This document shows, in pieces, positions 41,322 through 50,674 of a stretch of DNA of 64,000 nucleotides (within the stretch, counting starts at the first letter, position 1; every line of letters begins with the position of its first letter). The notes below the pieces were generated by a model. The model ran no database searches. It was not told where the DNA came from and was given only the letters and a program-made list of their open reading frames with translations. The translations under genes and the position numbers were made by a program. Origin of the DNA: Candidatus Velthaea sp. (lineage in GTDB: Bacteria; Vulcanimicrobiota; Vulcanimicrobiia; Vulcanimicrobiales; Vulcanimicrobiaceae); the NCBI GenBank assembly GCA_050012475.1, contig JBEKHC010000010.1, forward strand, positions 1 through 64,000, read 5' to 3'.

Positions 41322-41594
41322 GTGGATGTTTTTGACGGCCTCCTGCGCGAGGCGCTCGTCGTGTGTGCGGTCATCTGCTTGCCGGTCTTAGGGGCGGCGG
41401 CGCTCATCGGGACGATCATTGCGATCGTCCAGGCGGCGACGCAGATTCAGGAACAGACGTTGACGCTGCTGCCCAAGCTCATCGTCGTCGCGTTCGTGGT
41501 CGCCGTGTTCGGCCGGTTCGGTTTGGGATTGTGCGCGAATCTCTTCACCGACGCGCTCGGCCGCATCCCGGCGTTGATTTCGTCGCTGGGGTGA
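41322..41594 (+). CDS. fliQ: Export gate FliQ/SctS
   Basis: QAATQIQEQTLT.LPK. Confidence 0.95.
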   Translation: MDVFDGLLREALVVCAVICLPVLGAAALIGTIIAIVQAATQIQEQTLTLLPKLIVVAFVVAVFGRFGLGLCANLFTDALGRIPALISSLG

Positions 41595-42310
41595 CGCAGC
41601 TGTATGCGCTCGTCTTCGCCCGCTGCGCCGGCTTCGTTTTCCGCGCGCCGGGCTTTTCGCACCCGGCGGTGCCGCCGATGGTGCGTGCGGGTTTGGCGCT
41701 GGTGCTTGCCGTCGGATTGAGCCCCGCGTTGCGCGGTCCCGGCGTTCTTCCCACTGGTTCGTTCGTCTTCGCATTGGCACTTGAGGTCGCGCTCGGCGCG
41801 ATGGTCGGCATGGCGGCATCGATTCTTTACGACGGCATCTCAGCGGGAGCACGCGCGCTCGATGACTACGTCGGCATCCAGGATAGTCTGCGCAACGCGA
41901 CGACCTCGGCCGGCGGCGAGGCGTTCAGCCGGCTGTGGACGATCACGTTCATCGCAGCCTTCTTCGTCCTGGGCGGATACCGTTTGCTGATTGTCGCCTT
42001 TGCGCGCGGGTTCGAGCTGCTGCCGCCGGGCTCGCTGCTGCGTCCGGGGCATCTGCTCGACTTCGCTCTCTCGCTGCCGACGCTGTCGCTGCGTGCCGCG
42101 CTCATCGTCGCGGGGCCCGGCATTTTGCTCGCGCTGCTCGCCCAGCTCGCGCTGGGCAGCGTCGCGCGCGTCATCCCGCGCTTTGCGAATTTCACCTTGA
42201 CGTTTCCGATCGTCTTCGGCGTCGTGCTCCTCGCGACACTGGCCACGCTGCCGTTTGCTGCGGACCTCGCCGGCCGTCCGTGGCTGCACCTGCCGATGCT
42301 GAACCCTTAA
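41591..42310 (+). CDS. fliR: Export gate FliR/SctT
   Basis: VFAR..G....AP.FS, E...G, LG..ARVIP, FP; GTGA overlap with fliQ. Confidence 0.92.
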   Translation: MTQLYALVFARCAGFVFRAPGFSHPAVPPMVRAGLALVLAVGLSPALRGPGVLPTGSFVFALALEVALGAMVGMAASILYDGISAGARALDDYVGIQDSLRNATTSAGGEAFSRLWTITFIAAFFVLGGYRLLIVAFARGFELLPPGSLLRPGHLLDFALSLPTLSLRAALIVAGPGILLALLAQLALGSVARVIPRFANFTLTFPIVFGVVLLATLATLPFAADLAGRPWLHLPMLNP

Positions 42311-42313
42311 TTC

Positions 42314-43318
42314 ATGGCCGACGACAAACCGTTCGAGCCGACGCCCAACTGGATCGCGCGGGCTAAGCGCGAAGGCAACGTCGCACGCTCGCAGGAGCTG
42401 GGCGCGATCTGCGGGTTTTTGCTTGGCGCCGTCGCGCTCGCGGCGCTCGTGCCGGCGCTGGGCGGCGTCGCTGCCCGTTGGATGGTGCAGACGGCGGCGG
42501 ACGGCGGTCTGCACACCGATGGACTGCTGCCGTTCGCCGGACTGGCGCTGCTGCCGCTCGTCGCCGTTGCAATCGGCGGCACGACGACGGCCCTGCTGCA
42601 AGAACGGCTGTTCTTCGTGGCACCGCGCTTCAAAGCCGACCGGCTCAATCCCAAAGAAGGCCTCAAGCGCATGTTCTCGCGCGAAGCGGCCGTCGCGGCG
42701 GCACGCGCGGTGCTCGCCTTCGGACTGGCGACGAGCGCCATCGTGCCGACCGCGAACGAAGTCTTCGCCCGCGGCGTCGGCGCGGCCGATCTTCCGTTCA
42801 TCGCGGCTTTGGTGCGCTCGGCCGGCGCGCGCATCGTGCTCAGCGTGCTCGTCGTCGGCGCGCTCTTTGCCATCTTCGACGTCCTCATCGTGCGCCGGCG
42901 CTGGCGCCGCAAACTGCGCATGAACGCACACGAGCTCAAACGCGACACCAAAGAAAGTGAAGGCGATCCGCTGCTGCGCCGGCACCGCCGGGGCATGCAC
43001 CGCTCGCTGAGCTCCGGAGCCATGGCCGGCGTTCAGCGCGCGGCCTTCGTGCTCACCAATCCGACGCACATCGCGATCGCTCTGGAATACCGGCCGCCCG
43101 AGGTCCCCGTGCCGCGCATCCTCGTTCGCGCCAGCGACCAAAACGCGCTCCGCGTGCGCGACTTGGCGGCCGGTTATGCAATACCGGTGATCGAGAACGT
43201 GGCGCTCGCGCGCGAACTCTACGCGCTGGGCCGGCCCGGCGACGAGATTCCGGTCCAAACGTACGTCGCAGTGGCCGAGGTCATAAACGCACTCTTGCAA
43301 ACGGGGACCCTGACGTGA
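42314..43318 (+). CDS. flhB: Export switch FlhB/SctU
   Basis: PT....AKREG.V.RS.E, RLNP..G.KRMFS, KESEGDP, NPTH autocleavage motif. Confidence 0.95.
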   Translation: MADDKPFEPTPNWIARAKREGNVARSQELGAICGFLLGAVALAALVPALGGVAARWMVQTAADGGLHTDGLLPFAGLALLPLVAVAIGGTTTALLQERLFFVAPRFKADRLNPKEGLKRMFSREAAVAAARAVLAFGLATSAIVPTANEVFARGVGAADLPFIAALVRSAGARIVLSVLVVGALFAIFDVLIVRRRWRRKLRMNAHELKRDTKESEGDPLLRRHRRGMHRSLSSGAMAGVQRAAFVLTNPTHIAIALEYRPPEVPVPRILVRASDQNALRVRDLAAGYAIPVIENVALARELYALGRPGDEIPVQTYVAVAEVINALLQTGTLT

Positions 43319-45360
43319 AACCAAGTGCGATGACCGCCGCGTTCGGCGCGCTCGTTTTGTCGGTCGTGTTGATTCTCGTCGTTCCGCTGCCGCCGTTCGT
43401 GCTCGACGCGCTCCTTGCGATCAACATCTTGGGAACCGCGCTCGTGCTGCTCATCAGCATCACCGTCAGCGATCCGTTGGAATTCTCGGCCTTCGCACCG
43501 GCCTTGCTCGTCGCCACGCTCTTTCGCCTTGCGCTCGACGTTTCGGCGACGCGCTTGATCCTGACCCAAGGATCGCTGCCCGGCGGCGTGGGGTCGATCA
43601 TTCCGGCCTTTGGCGATTTCGTCGTGCGCGGCAATCTCGTCGTCGGCCTCATCATGTTCGTCATCCTCATCACGATCCAGTTCATCGTGATCGCGGCCGG
43701 TTCGCAGCGGGTCGCCGAGGTGGCCGCGCGTTTCACCTTGGACGCGATGCCCGGCAAGCAGATGGGCATCGATGCCGAACTGCACGCGGGGTCGCTCACG
43801 CCCGAAGCGGCCCGCAAGCGCCGCGCCTTGGTGCAGAAAGAAGGCGACTTCTTCGGCGCCATGGACGGCGCGGGCAAGTTCGTCAAAGGCGACGCGATCG
43901 CGGCTCTGGTGATCGTGGTGCTCAATTTGGTCGGCGGCGTTGCCGTCGGCATGATCTACGACGGCTTGTCGCCGCTCGACGCGCTCAATACGTTTGCGCT
44001 GCTTTCGATCGGCAATGCGCTCGTCACGACGTTGCCCGCGTTCCTGATGTCGATCTCGATGGGCATGATGGTCACCCGCGTGGCGGCGGACGGTTCGCTG
44101 GGAACCGACCTGATCACGCAACTCTTCGCGCGCCCGGAAGTCCTGCGCTCGGCCGGCTTCTTGTCGTTCGGACTGGCACTGGTACCCGTCTTGCCGCATC
44201 CGTTGTTTATCGCCCTGGGTCTGGCCGCGATTGCGTGCGCGCAGCTCTCGGCACGGCGGATCAAGCGCGACGCCGACCACGGCGCCGCGCGAGCCGAATC
44301 GCTTCGGAAAGCCGAGCGGCGACGGCCCGAATCGGCCTTCGGATCGGTCGGCGTCGACATCATCGCCGTCGAGTTGGGCAAGGATCTCGCACCGTTTTTT
44401 CTGCCCGAAAACACCGAAGCCATCATCGAACGCGTTTTCGAGGCGCGGCGCATGATCGCGCGTGAACTGGGCATCGTGATGGCCGGGGTGAACGTCCGCG
44501 ACGAAGGTACCCGTGAGCCCGCATCCTACGAGATCCGCTTTCGCGGTGAAGTCGTCGGTTGCGGATCGCTGCGCCCGGAGCGCTTTCTGGCCATCGCCGA
44601 CACAACCGTCCTCGGGGCGCTTAGCGGCGAAGAAGTGCGCGATCCCGTGTACGGCTTCCCGGTGAAGTGGATCGCGCCCGCCGATCGCGACTTTGCGATG
44701 GCCGCCGGCGCGCTGGTCTTCGATCCGATCACCGTGCTCATCTCGCACCTGGGCGAGTGCGTGCGCAATCGCGCGGGTCTTCTGTTCGGGCGTCAAGAGA
44801 TGCAAACGCTGCTCGAATACCTCAAGCCCGCATATCCCGTGATCGTCAAGGAAGTCGGAACCGACGCCCTGCCGTTCGCGACCGTCCACAAAGCCTTTCT
44901 CTATTTGCTGCGCGAACGCGTTTGGCCGCGCGACCCGGTGGCCACCATCGAGGCCATGATCGAGGCCTCCGCAACAACGCGCGACGCGCGCGATCTCGCC
45001 GATGCGGCGCGCAAAGTCTTGGTCCCGCCGCTGCTCCATGCGCGCAAACTGCGCGAGCTGCCGGCGCTGATGTTCGACCCGGAATTCGAGGCGCGCGTGG
45101 CCGCAGCATGGACGGGCGACGCCGGCGTGCCCGAACCGCAGCTCGCACTGTACATCCGCGAGCGCGTGAGCGCGTATGCCAAGACCCTTCCCGGCGGCCA
45201 AACGTTTGTCGTCTGCACGTCGCCGCTGCGCCGTCACCTCAGCGACTTGCTCGAGAAGTTCGGCTTGCGCGCCGAAGTCTTCGGTTTTGGCGAGCTGCCG
45301 CCGGACGTCAACCTTCGACCCACCGCTATCGTATCCGACCCGCGTGGGGCGCTCGCATAA
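43315..45360 (+). CDS. flhA: Major export gate FlhA/SctV
   Basis: RVAEVAARFTLDAMPGKQM.IDAEL, FFGAMDGAGKFVKGDAIA. Confidence 0.96.
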   Translation: MKPSAMTAAFGALVLSVVLILVVPLPPFVLDALLAINILGTALVLLISITVSDPLEFSAFAPALLVATLFRLALDVSATRLILTQGSLPGGVGSIIPAFGDFVVRGNLVVGLIMFVILITIQFIVIAAGSQRVAEVAARFTLDAMPGKQMGIDAELHAGSLTPEAARKRRALVQKEGDFFGAMDGAGKFVKGDAIAALVIVVLNLVGGVAVGMIYDGLSPLDALNTFALLSIGNALVTTLPAFLMSISMGMMVTRVAADGSLGTDLITQLFARPEVLRSAGFLSFGLALVPVLPHPLFIALGLAAIACAQLSARRIKRDADHGAARAESLRKAERRRPESAFGSVGVDIIAVELGKDLAPFFLPENTEAIIERVFEARRMIARELGIVMAGVNVRDEGTREPASYEIRFRGEVVGCGSLRPERFLAIADTTVLGALSGEEVRDPVYGFPVKWIAPADRDFAMAAGALVFDPITVLISHLGECVRNRAGLLFGRQEMQTLLEYLKPAYPVIVKEVGTDALPFATVHKAFLYLLRERVWPRDPVATIEAMIEASATTRDARDLADAARKVLVPPLLHARKLRELPALMFDPEFEARVAAAWTGDAGVPEPQLALYIRERVSAYAKTLPGGQTFVVCTSPLRRHLSDLLEKFGLRAEVFGFGELPPDVNLRPTAIVSDPRGALA

Positions 45361-45529
45361 AACCCGCGGGCGACGCGCGAAATCCGGCATGTGGCGCAAA
45401 CACTGGTATCATCTTTGCCCGTTACCATCCGTGCGGGGCCGCGCGCGACTGGAATCGCCGCCTGCGGGACGCGATCGAGCCCGGGACCGCACTGAAAATC
45501 TCTTTGCAGCGGACGTAAAGGAGCAATCC

Positions 45530-45799
45530 ATGGCATTTCTCGGTGCACTCTTTGCCGGTATCGGCGGCAGCTTGTTCTCCGGCGGCCCGCTGTCCGGGAT
45601 GCTCAACGGCGCGGAGGCGGCCTCCGAGGCAAGTTACGAGGAAAACCAGGCCGAACTGCTGGCCTCGAACACGCGGCTCAATACCATGGCCGTAAAAATG
45701 TCGGAAACCACGAATACCGAGGAGCTCTCCGTCGCCGCCGACGAGGCGCACAACCACGTTGTACGTTCCTACATCGAAGCGGTCAAACAAGTACAATAG
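45530..45799 (+). CDS. Small helical protein, candidate T3SS pilin or secreted subunit (89 aa)
   Basis: Strong RBS AAAGGAGCAATC; Gly-rich N-terminus, amphipathic C-terminus; directly after flhA. Confidence 0.75.
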   Translation: MAFLGALFAGIGGSLFSGGPLSGMLNGAEAASEASYEENQAELLASNTRLNTMAVKMSETTNTEELSVAADEAHNHVVRSYIEAVKQVQ

Positions 45800-45856
45800 G
45801 GTCTGCGGTTCCGCGGGGTTCCTCGGGCCAAACGACGGCGATCGATTCCCTTCAAT

Positions 45857-45884
45857 GGCATGCAAGCGATGCCGCCTTTTTTCG
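45857..45884 (+). terminator. Possible intrinsic terminator
   Basis: GGCAT...ATGCC short stem followed closely by a T6 tract. Confidence 0.4.
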
Positions 45885-45980
45885 TGCAGCTTCAGGAACC
45901 CGCGTGGGTCTACATAGACTTCTAACATGAATTCACCGAAGGCGATAAGCAGAGCCGGGAGTCGATGTCGTCTCGTTCTT

Positions 45981-46538
45981 TTAGGCGGTACCGCCTCGTA
46001 TGCGATAGCGCACGTGGATTACTCCAGTCCTGAAACGGCGCGTCTCAAGGAGTTCGAGATTCCGTCGTATGGCGGCTCGGAATGCCGGCTTTCCCCCGCC
46101 GACGATCACCGGGTTGAGAAACAGGTGACATTCATCGACGAGGTCGGCTTCGATCGCAAGTCCCGCAAGCTCGGCGCCGCCAATGATCATGTCGTGCTCC
46201 GATTCCCGCTTGAGCTTCCGAATAGCCTCGAAGTCGAACTCCCGCTCGACACGCGCGTTGTGTTTCGCAGCGCCGAGCGTTCGTGAAAAGACGATCTTTT
46301 CGGGCTTCTGCCAAACCCGTGCGAAGTCGCGGTGTTCGGGCGGATAATCCTCCACCGGCGCATCCCAGAAGGCCATCGTCTCATAGAGTCGCCGCCCCAA
46401 AAGAAGGGCTCCAATCGGCCGCAACAGCTCGGTGATGAAGGCGAATACCTGATCGGGATTGACCCAATCGAAAGCACCGCTGGCGTCCTCGACGTAACCG
46501 TCGAGCGACGCGCTCGTGATGTAGATCAGCTTCGACAT
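45981..46538 (-). CDS. Dihydrofolate reductase family (RibD C-terminal) protein
   Basis: SLDGY, LLGRRLYE, KIVFSRTL, IIGGAELA, LVDE, PVIVGGGK. Confidence 0.9.
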   Translation of the reverse strand: MSKLIYITSASLDGYVEDASGAFDWVNPDQVFAFITELLRPIGALLLGRRLYETMAFWDAPVEDYPPEHRDFARVWQKPEKIVFSRTLGAAKHNARVEREFDFEAIRKLKRESEHDMIIGGAELAGLAIEADLVDECHLFLNPVIVGGGKPAFRAAIRRNLELLETRRFRTGVIHVRYRIRGGTA

Positions 46539-46768
46539 ACGAGAGAGGTCGAACGTTTCGTGCAGGCCGCAGATGAATTCCTCTGCGTCGTTGCGCAGCC
46601 CCTCGCCAAGAGCACGCACTTGCTGGGACATGCCAATTCGTTGTGCGAGGCGCGGCCCAACGAGCTCCCGACGACAGGCGCGGAAGAACCCCGCGCAATG
46701 GCCGCCCATTCTCCAGTAACTCAGCGACACCGATTGTCCGAGGGCGCCAAGCACGCCGAAGGCTCGCC

Positions 46769-47311
46769 CTACAACCCCGTGGGTTCAGTTATGAGCCCAC
46801 CTCGCCGTCTGCGCGCTCGAAGCTGAGTCTGCGTGGCTCGATTCGGCAAGACCCGGCGCAGATTCGGTGTGTCGAGTTGCAAACCGCGGTTCTCACGGAC
46901 GATGCGCCACGTTCCCTCATAGGTGGTGGTAACGAATCGTCCGCCAGCTCCATGGTCGTTGGAAGTCAACCGCACCGATACGAGGCTCGGCGAGTCTGCG
47001 TGTGCCGAGATGAGAGAGATAAACCTTGTCTGCGCGGTCATCGGGAGCCAGCCCACGTAGGGATGTCCGTGACGGTATGCACGAGAGAACAAATGGTACA
47101 TGTCGGCGTAGCGCTCTTGGCTCCACAATCGAAAAAAGTAATCGACCAGCACTACGGCCTCTTGCTCACGCGAGCCCTGCACGGACGCGTTCGCGCTGCG
47201 ACCGCAAAGGTGATTCCCGTCGTAGGCTAGGCTGCACGCGATGGGCATGGGCACTCCGAGCGTCAGACGTCGCAAGCCAAACCATGAAAGCACGCTTCGA
47301 CGACCGCCCAC
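46769..47311 (-). CDS. Hypothetical protein (possible NTF2-like fold)
   Basis: V..FF..W....YA.MY.L.S and YEGTWRIVRE patterns; start uncertain. Confidence 0.45.
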   Translation of the reverse strand: MGGRRSVLSWFGLRRLTLGVPMPIACSLAYDGNHLCGRSANASVQGSREQEAVVLVDYFFRLWSQERYADMYHLFSRAYRHGHPYVGWLPMTAQTRFISLISAHADSPSLVSVRLTSNDHGAGGRFVTTTYEGTWRIVRENRGLQLDTPNLRRVLPNRATQTQLRARRRRGGLITEPTGL

Positions 47312-47502
47312 GGGCGAGCCTAGCAGAGTCGGACGTTATGATAGAAACGAATCTCTTCGGACGCCCGAACAGGTTCGCTTTCCTCGCTGCAACCCTTGAC
47401 TTTCGAACCTTGAAACGCGATAGGGCACGTGGAGGCGATCGCCTCACTACGCGGCTCGTTCCTTTCCGTTCCGTCCGACCGAAGTCAACAAGGAGCAATC
47501 TC

Positions 47503-47775
47503 ATGTCATCCATTGCACCCTCTCTCAGCAGCACAGCCGGATCCGCCGTTTCGAGCACGGCGAACAGCAGCAGCGGCGACAGCAGTTCGCAGGCGTTGCT
47601 GCAAGAAGAACAGGCGCAGTTCGAGGCAAACTTCGCGCTGCAAACGCACCAGGCCATGATCGACAACCAAAATGCGACCAACACCGCGATTGCCCAGTCG
47701 CACGCACAGACCGCATCCGCGTCGACCGCAGGCGCACGGGAAGTCGGCGACTCGAACGCCCATATCGTTGCATAG
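47503..47775 (+). CDS. Small Ser/Ala/Gln-rich protein, candidate Hrp-pilin-like subunit (90 aa)
   Basis: RBS AAGGAGCAATC identical to that of 45530; Ser-rich disordered N-terminus then a Gln/Asn/Ala helix. Confidence 0.75.
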   Translation: MSSIAPSLSSTAGSAVSSTANSSSGDSSSQALLQEEQAQFEANFALQTHQAMIDNQNATNTAIAQSHAQTASASTAGAREVGDSNAHIVA

Positions 47776-48019
47776 GCGCGCGGGGGAGCGCCGCCGTTCC
47801 ACAACGCCTGCACGGATCGGCAAAAGAGGCTGATACGACAGAGTCCCGAGCGTCACGAGCGACCATCCGCCCCGTGGCGCTCGAGCTTCTTTTCTCGATC
47901 GTTTTCACGCCGCGTGCACACCCCAACCATATCAACGGGTGAAAGCCGCCCCATCTCGATCGGCGGGTCTGATGCTCGCCCGTTGAATTCTGCGCGGACC
48001 GCCTCGTTCGTGCCGATCC

Positions 48020-48337
48020 TCAACCGAAACGATACGCGCCGCTGTCGTCGATTTGAACCGTGCCGTGCTCGATTTCCAAGCGGTGGACGCGATGATCCCA
48101 GTAGCCGAGCAGCCGGATCGCATACGGCTTCATTCGTGCGAGCAGCGCTTTGGTCGCGCTCGAGACGACGAAGCGGTCGCGCACCCATTTCGGATGATCT
48201 CGCGGCAAGACGATCTCGCCGATCGCACCGGCATCGGTCAAGCCGCCCATGACCGTCGGCGATTCGGCCGCCTGCTGCGCGGGCGGTGCAGCGCTGGTTC
48301 CCTCGCGCCGTCGCACGATTCCAGCTCGTTTACTCAT
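48020..48337 (-). CDS. Hypothetical protein coupled to the sigma factor gene
   Basis: ATGA overlap with the sigma gene stop. Confidence 0.55.
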   Translation of the reverse strand: MSKRAGIVRRREGTSAAPPAQQAAESPTVMGGLTDAGAIGEIVLPRDHPKWVRDRFVVSSATKALLARMKPYAIRLLGYWDHRVHRLEIEHGTVQIDDSGAYRFG

Positions 48338-49002
48338 GCGCTGATCATCTCTTCGCGAACGATTTCGAGCGCGCGATCGCGCAACTGCGCGATGCGCTGC
48401 TTGGTCACGGACAACTCGCGCGCTACGGCTTTGAGTCGATAGCCGGAAAAAAAGTAGAGTTCGACGACCTGCCGATGGCGCACGGGCAATTTCTGGAGCG
48501 CCGCCCGTAAAATCGCGCGTGCCTCGTGTTCGCAGTACAGCCGAGCCGGATCCGTTTCCCAGTTCGCAGCGACCAGCGCGTCGACCGGGATCGCATCATC
48601 GAGTGAAACGCACGAACGGTGATGGGCGGCAATCCGAGCAGAGCGCAGCTTGGGATGCCGGCGCTCCATCTCGAGCATCGACGGCAGGTGACCAGCCGTC
48701 AGCGCGATGGCGTAGCGGTCCCGTTCCGCCTGACGTAAGATACGCCGGGTGAATTCGGTCAGCCGGTCCATGCGCCGCAACCCGTTGAGCATTGCGCCGA
48801 GAATGCGGGCGCGCGCGTAGCGATCGAGCGACGCTCCGCGAGCCGGATCGTAGGAATCGACCGCGCGGACGAGCCCCAGGCAGCCTTCGCCGACCAGATC
48901 GTCGAGGTCCACGCGCCCGGCTCGGCGTGCTACCGTGCGCGCGATGGTGCGGACTACCGGATACAATCGCACGATCGTCGCATCCCGCTCGGCCGCGGTC
49001 AT
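48334..49002 (-). CDS. FliA/WhiG-like (sigma-28 group) sigma factor
   Basis: DDLV.EG.LGL..AVDSYDP.RG, YA..RI.GAML..LR..D, SLD, region 4 HTH. Confidence 0.85.
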   Translation of the reverse strand: MTAAERDATIVRLYPVVRTIARTVARRAGRVDLDDLVGEGCLGLVRAVDSYDPARGASLDRYARARILGAMLNGLRRMDRLTEFTRRILRQAERDRYAIALTAGHLPSMLEMERRHPKLRSARIAAHHRSCVSLDDAIPVDALVAANWETDPARLYCEHEARAILRAALQKLPVRHRQVVELYFFSGYRLKAVARELSVTKQRIAQLRDRALEIVREEMISA

Positions 49003-49304
49003 TTGAGCCGCTCGGCGTCCTGGGCGGCGGCGCCGCCGGCGCCGGAACGTTCGGTCAGCGCTCGCAACTCATCGTAGAAGGCGTCGTGTTGGCCGCGCGC
49101 GATGGCGGCGCCCAGCGCATCGGTGAACACGTCGCCCAGCGGCCCCAATGCTTGCGCCAAGGGCGCGAGCACGCTCGACCACAACAGGCCCTCGAACTTC
49201 GCCGCGGTCTCGGCGTTCGGCGCCGATCCCGCCGCAGTTCTCGGCGGATCGACCGCCAACGGGACGCCGGCGGGACTAGCTGCGCTGGATGTTGTTGGCA
49301 ACAC
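48999..49304 (-). CDS. Short FlgJ rod-binding-like protein
   Basis: TAAKFEGLL...L motif; follows flgG; no muramidase domain. Confidence 0.5.
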   Translation of the reverse strand: MLPTTSSAASPAGVPLAVDPPRTAAGSAPNAETAAKFEGLLWSSVLAPLAQALGPLGDVFTDALGAAIARGQHDAFYDELRALTERSGAGGAAAQDAERLK

Positions 49305-50004
49305 GCATCATCTCGTCGGCGGCAGTAACGCCTTTGGCGTTGGCTTCGTAGGCGCGCTGCGCAGAGAGAATTTCCATCATCGCTTCGATCACCGAGACGT
49401 TCGAGCGTTCGAGCATCCCGAACGCGACCTTCGGACCGCCGTCGCGACCGGCATCCACATAGCGCACGGGTCCCGAATCGTTGGTCGCCGCGAACACGGT
49501 CGAACCGGCGACGCGCAGACGTTCGGGCGCGGCAAACGTGGCTAGGCGGATGCGGCCGGCAAACTGACGCTTCCCGGCCAGCGTGTCGACGTAGGTCATG
49601 CCGTCCGGTTCGGCCGTTATCGCCAGTGCATCATCGGGAACCTTGATGCCGACGAGCGAGAAACCGTCCGCGTTGCGCAACACGCCGTCGGGCGTGCGGT
49701 GAAATTCACCGTCGCGGCTGTAGACGAACGTCCCATCGGGGCGCTTGAGGGTAAAGAAACCGACGCCGTCGATTGCCGCGTCGAACGGACCACCCGATTT
49801 CATGAGCTTGCCCTGCTCGAAAAGCAGCTGTTTGCCGGTGAATGCGGTGCCCAGACCCGAGGTGCCGTCGGTGAGTGCAGCAAACCTGGCGGCACTGCCT
49901 TTGAATCCGGGCACTTCGGCATTGGCAAGATTGTCCGAAATCGTCTCGAGATTGTTTTGCTGCGCTGCCATCCCCGTTGCAGCCGCGAACATCGCCCGGT
50001 TCAT
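49276..50004 (-). CDS. flgG: Distal rod protein FlgG-like
   Basis: AATGMAAQQ..LE.ISDNLAN...PGFK, D.AIDG.GFF, YSRDG.F, LERSNV, QRAYEAN. Confidence 0.88.
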   Translation of the reverse strand: MNRAMFAAATGMAAQQNNLETISDNLANAEVPGFKGSAARFAALTDGTSGLGTAFTGKQLLFEQGKLMKSGGPFDAAIDGVGFFTLKRPDGTFVYSRDGEFHRTPDGVLRNADGFSLVGIKVPDDALAITAEPDGMTYVDTLAGKRQFAGRIRLATFAAPERLRVAGSTVFAATNDSGPVRYVDAGRDGGPKVAFGMLERSNVSVIEAMMEILSAQRAYEANAKGVTAADEMMRVANNIQRS

Positions 50005-50615
50005 TGAATCTTTCCCATCCCGTTAGCGGCTTTCGAGCGCGTTTCGTCGATCGCGACGAGCGTTTTTTGCGCGGTCTCGAACGCGCGCTGCGCATCGATG
50101 ACGCCGATCATCTCGCCGATCGAGTTGACGTTCGAGCTCTCGAGGAAGCCGCTCCGCACGGTGGTGCCGCGCGGCAGCGCCAACTGCGCGACGGCCCGGC
50201 CCGACGCACGCCACGTTCCGTCGGCTTCGATCGCCGGCGCGCCGGGCGGCAAACGAACGAAACCGTTCTTGCCCAGCAGCGTGCGGCCGTGCGCGTCGAC
50301 GAGATAGCCGTCGCAGTCAGAGGTGAACGCTCCCGCCCGCGTCGCAACGCGCAACTGCGGATTGCGGTCGGGCGCGACGAAAAACGAACCGCCGCCGATG
50401 AGGGCGAGATCCAGCGTGCGTCCGGTGAAGCGCGCGGGGCCTTTCTCGGGCGATGCGACCGCAACGGTCGTGAGGCCGCGTCGTGACGCAACGGTCCGGG
50501 CCAGGTGTTTGTGAAAGCCGTCGGTCGACGCGTTGGCGAGATTGTCGGTGGCGATTTCGAGCTTCGCCTTGGCGGAGAGCATTGCGCTCGCCATCCATTG
50601 AATGCCGGTCAACAT
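50001..50615 (-). CDS. flgF: Rod protein FlgF-like
   Basis: NLANAST.GF, TGR.LDLAL.G, TRAGAF, GFLESSNVN, QRAFE. Confidence 0.82.
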   Translation of the reverse strand: MLTGIQWMASAMLSAKAKLEIATDNLANASTDGFHKHLARTVASRRGLTTVAVASPEKGPARFTGRTLDLALIGGGSFFVAPDRNPQLRVATRAGAFTSDCDGYLVDAHGRTLLGKNGFVRLPPGAPAIEADGTWRASGRAVAQLALPRGTTVRSGFLESSNVNSIGEMIGVIDAQRAFETAQKTLVAIDETRSKAANGMGKIQ

Positions 50616-50674
50616 AGTCTCTACCTTACTTTTGAAAGATGCGTACAGTATTTTCTGAGCGCCGCGGATTTCGG

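Noticed and set aside
43219..45399. Long antisense ORFs (also 8071-9648, 35390-37306, 41840-43324, 50639-52135)
   Set aside because: Shadow ORFs expected from high-GC codon bias opposite real genes; no motifs.
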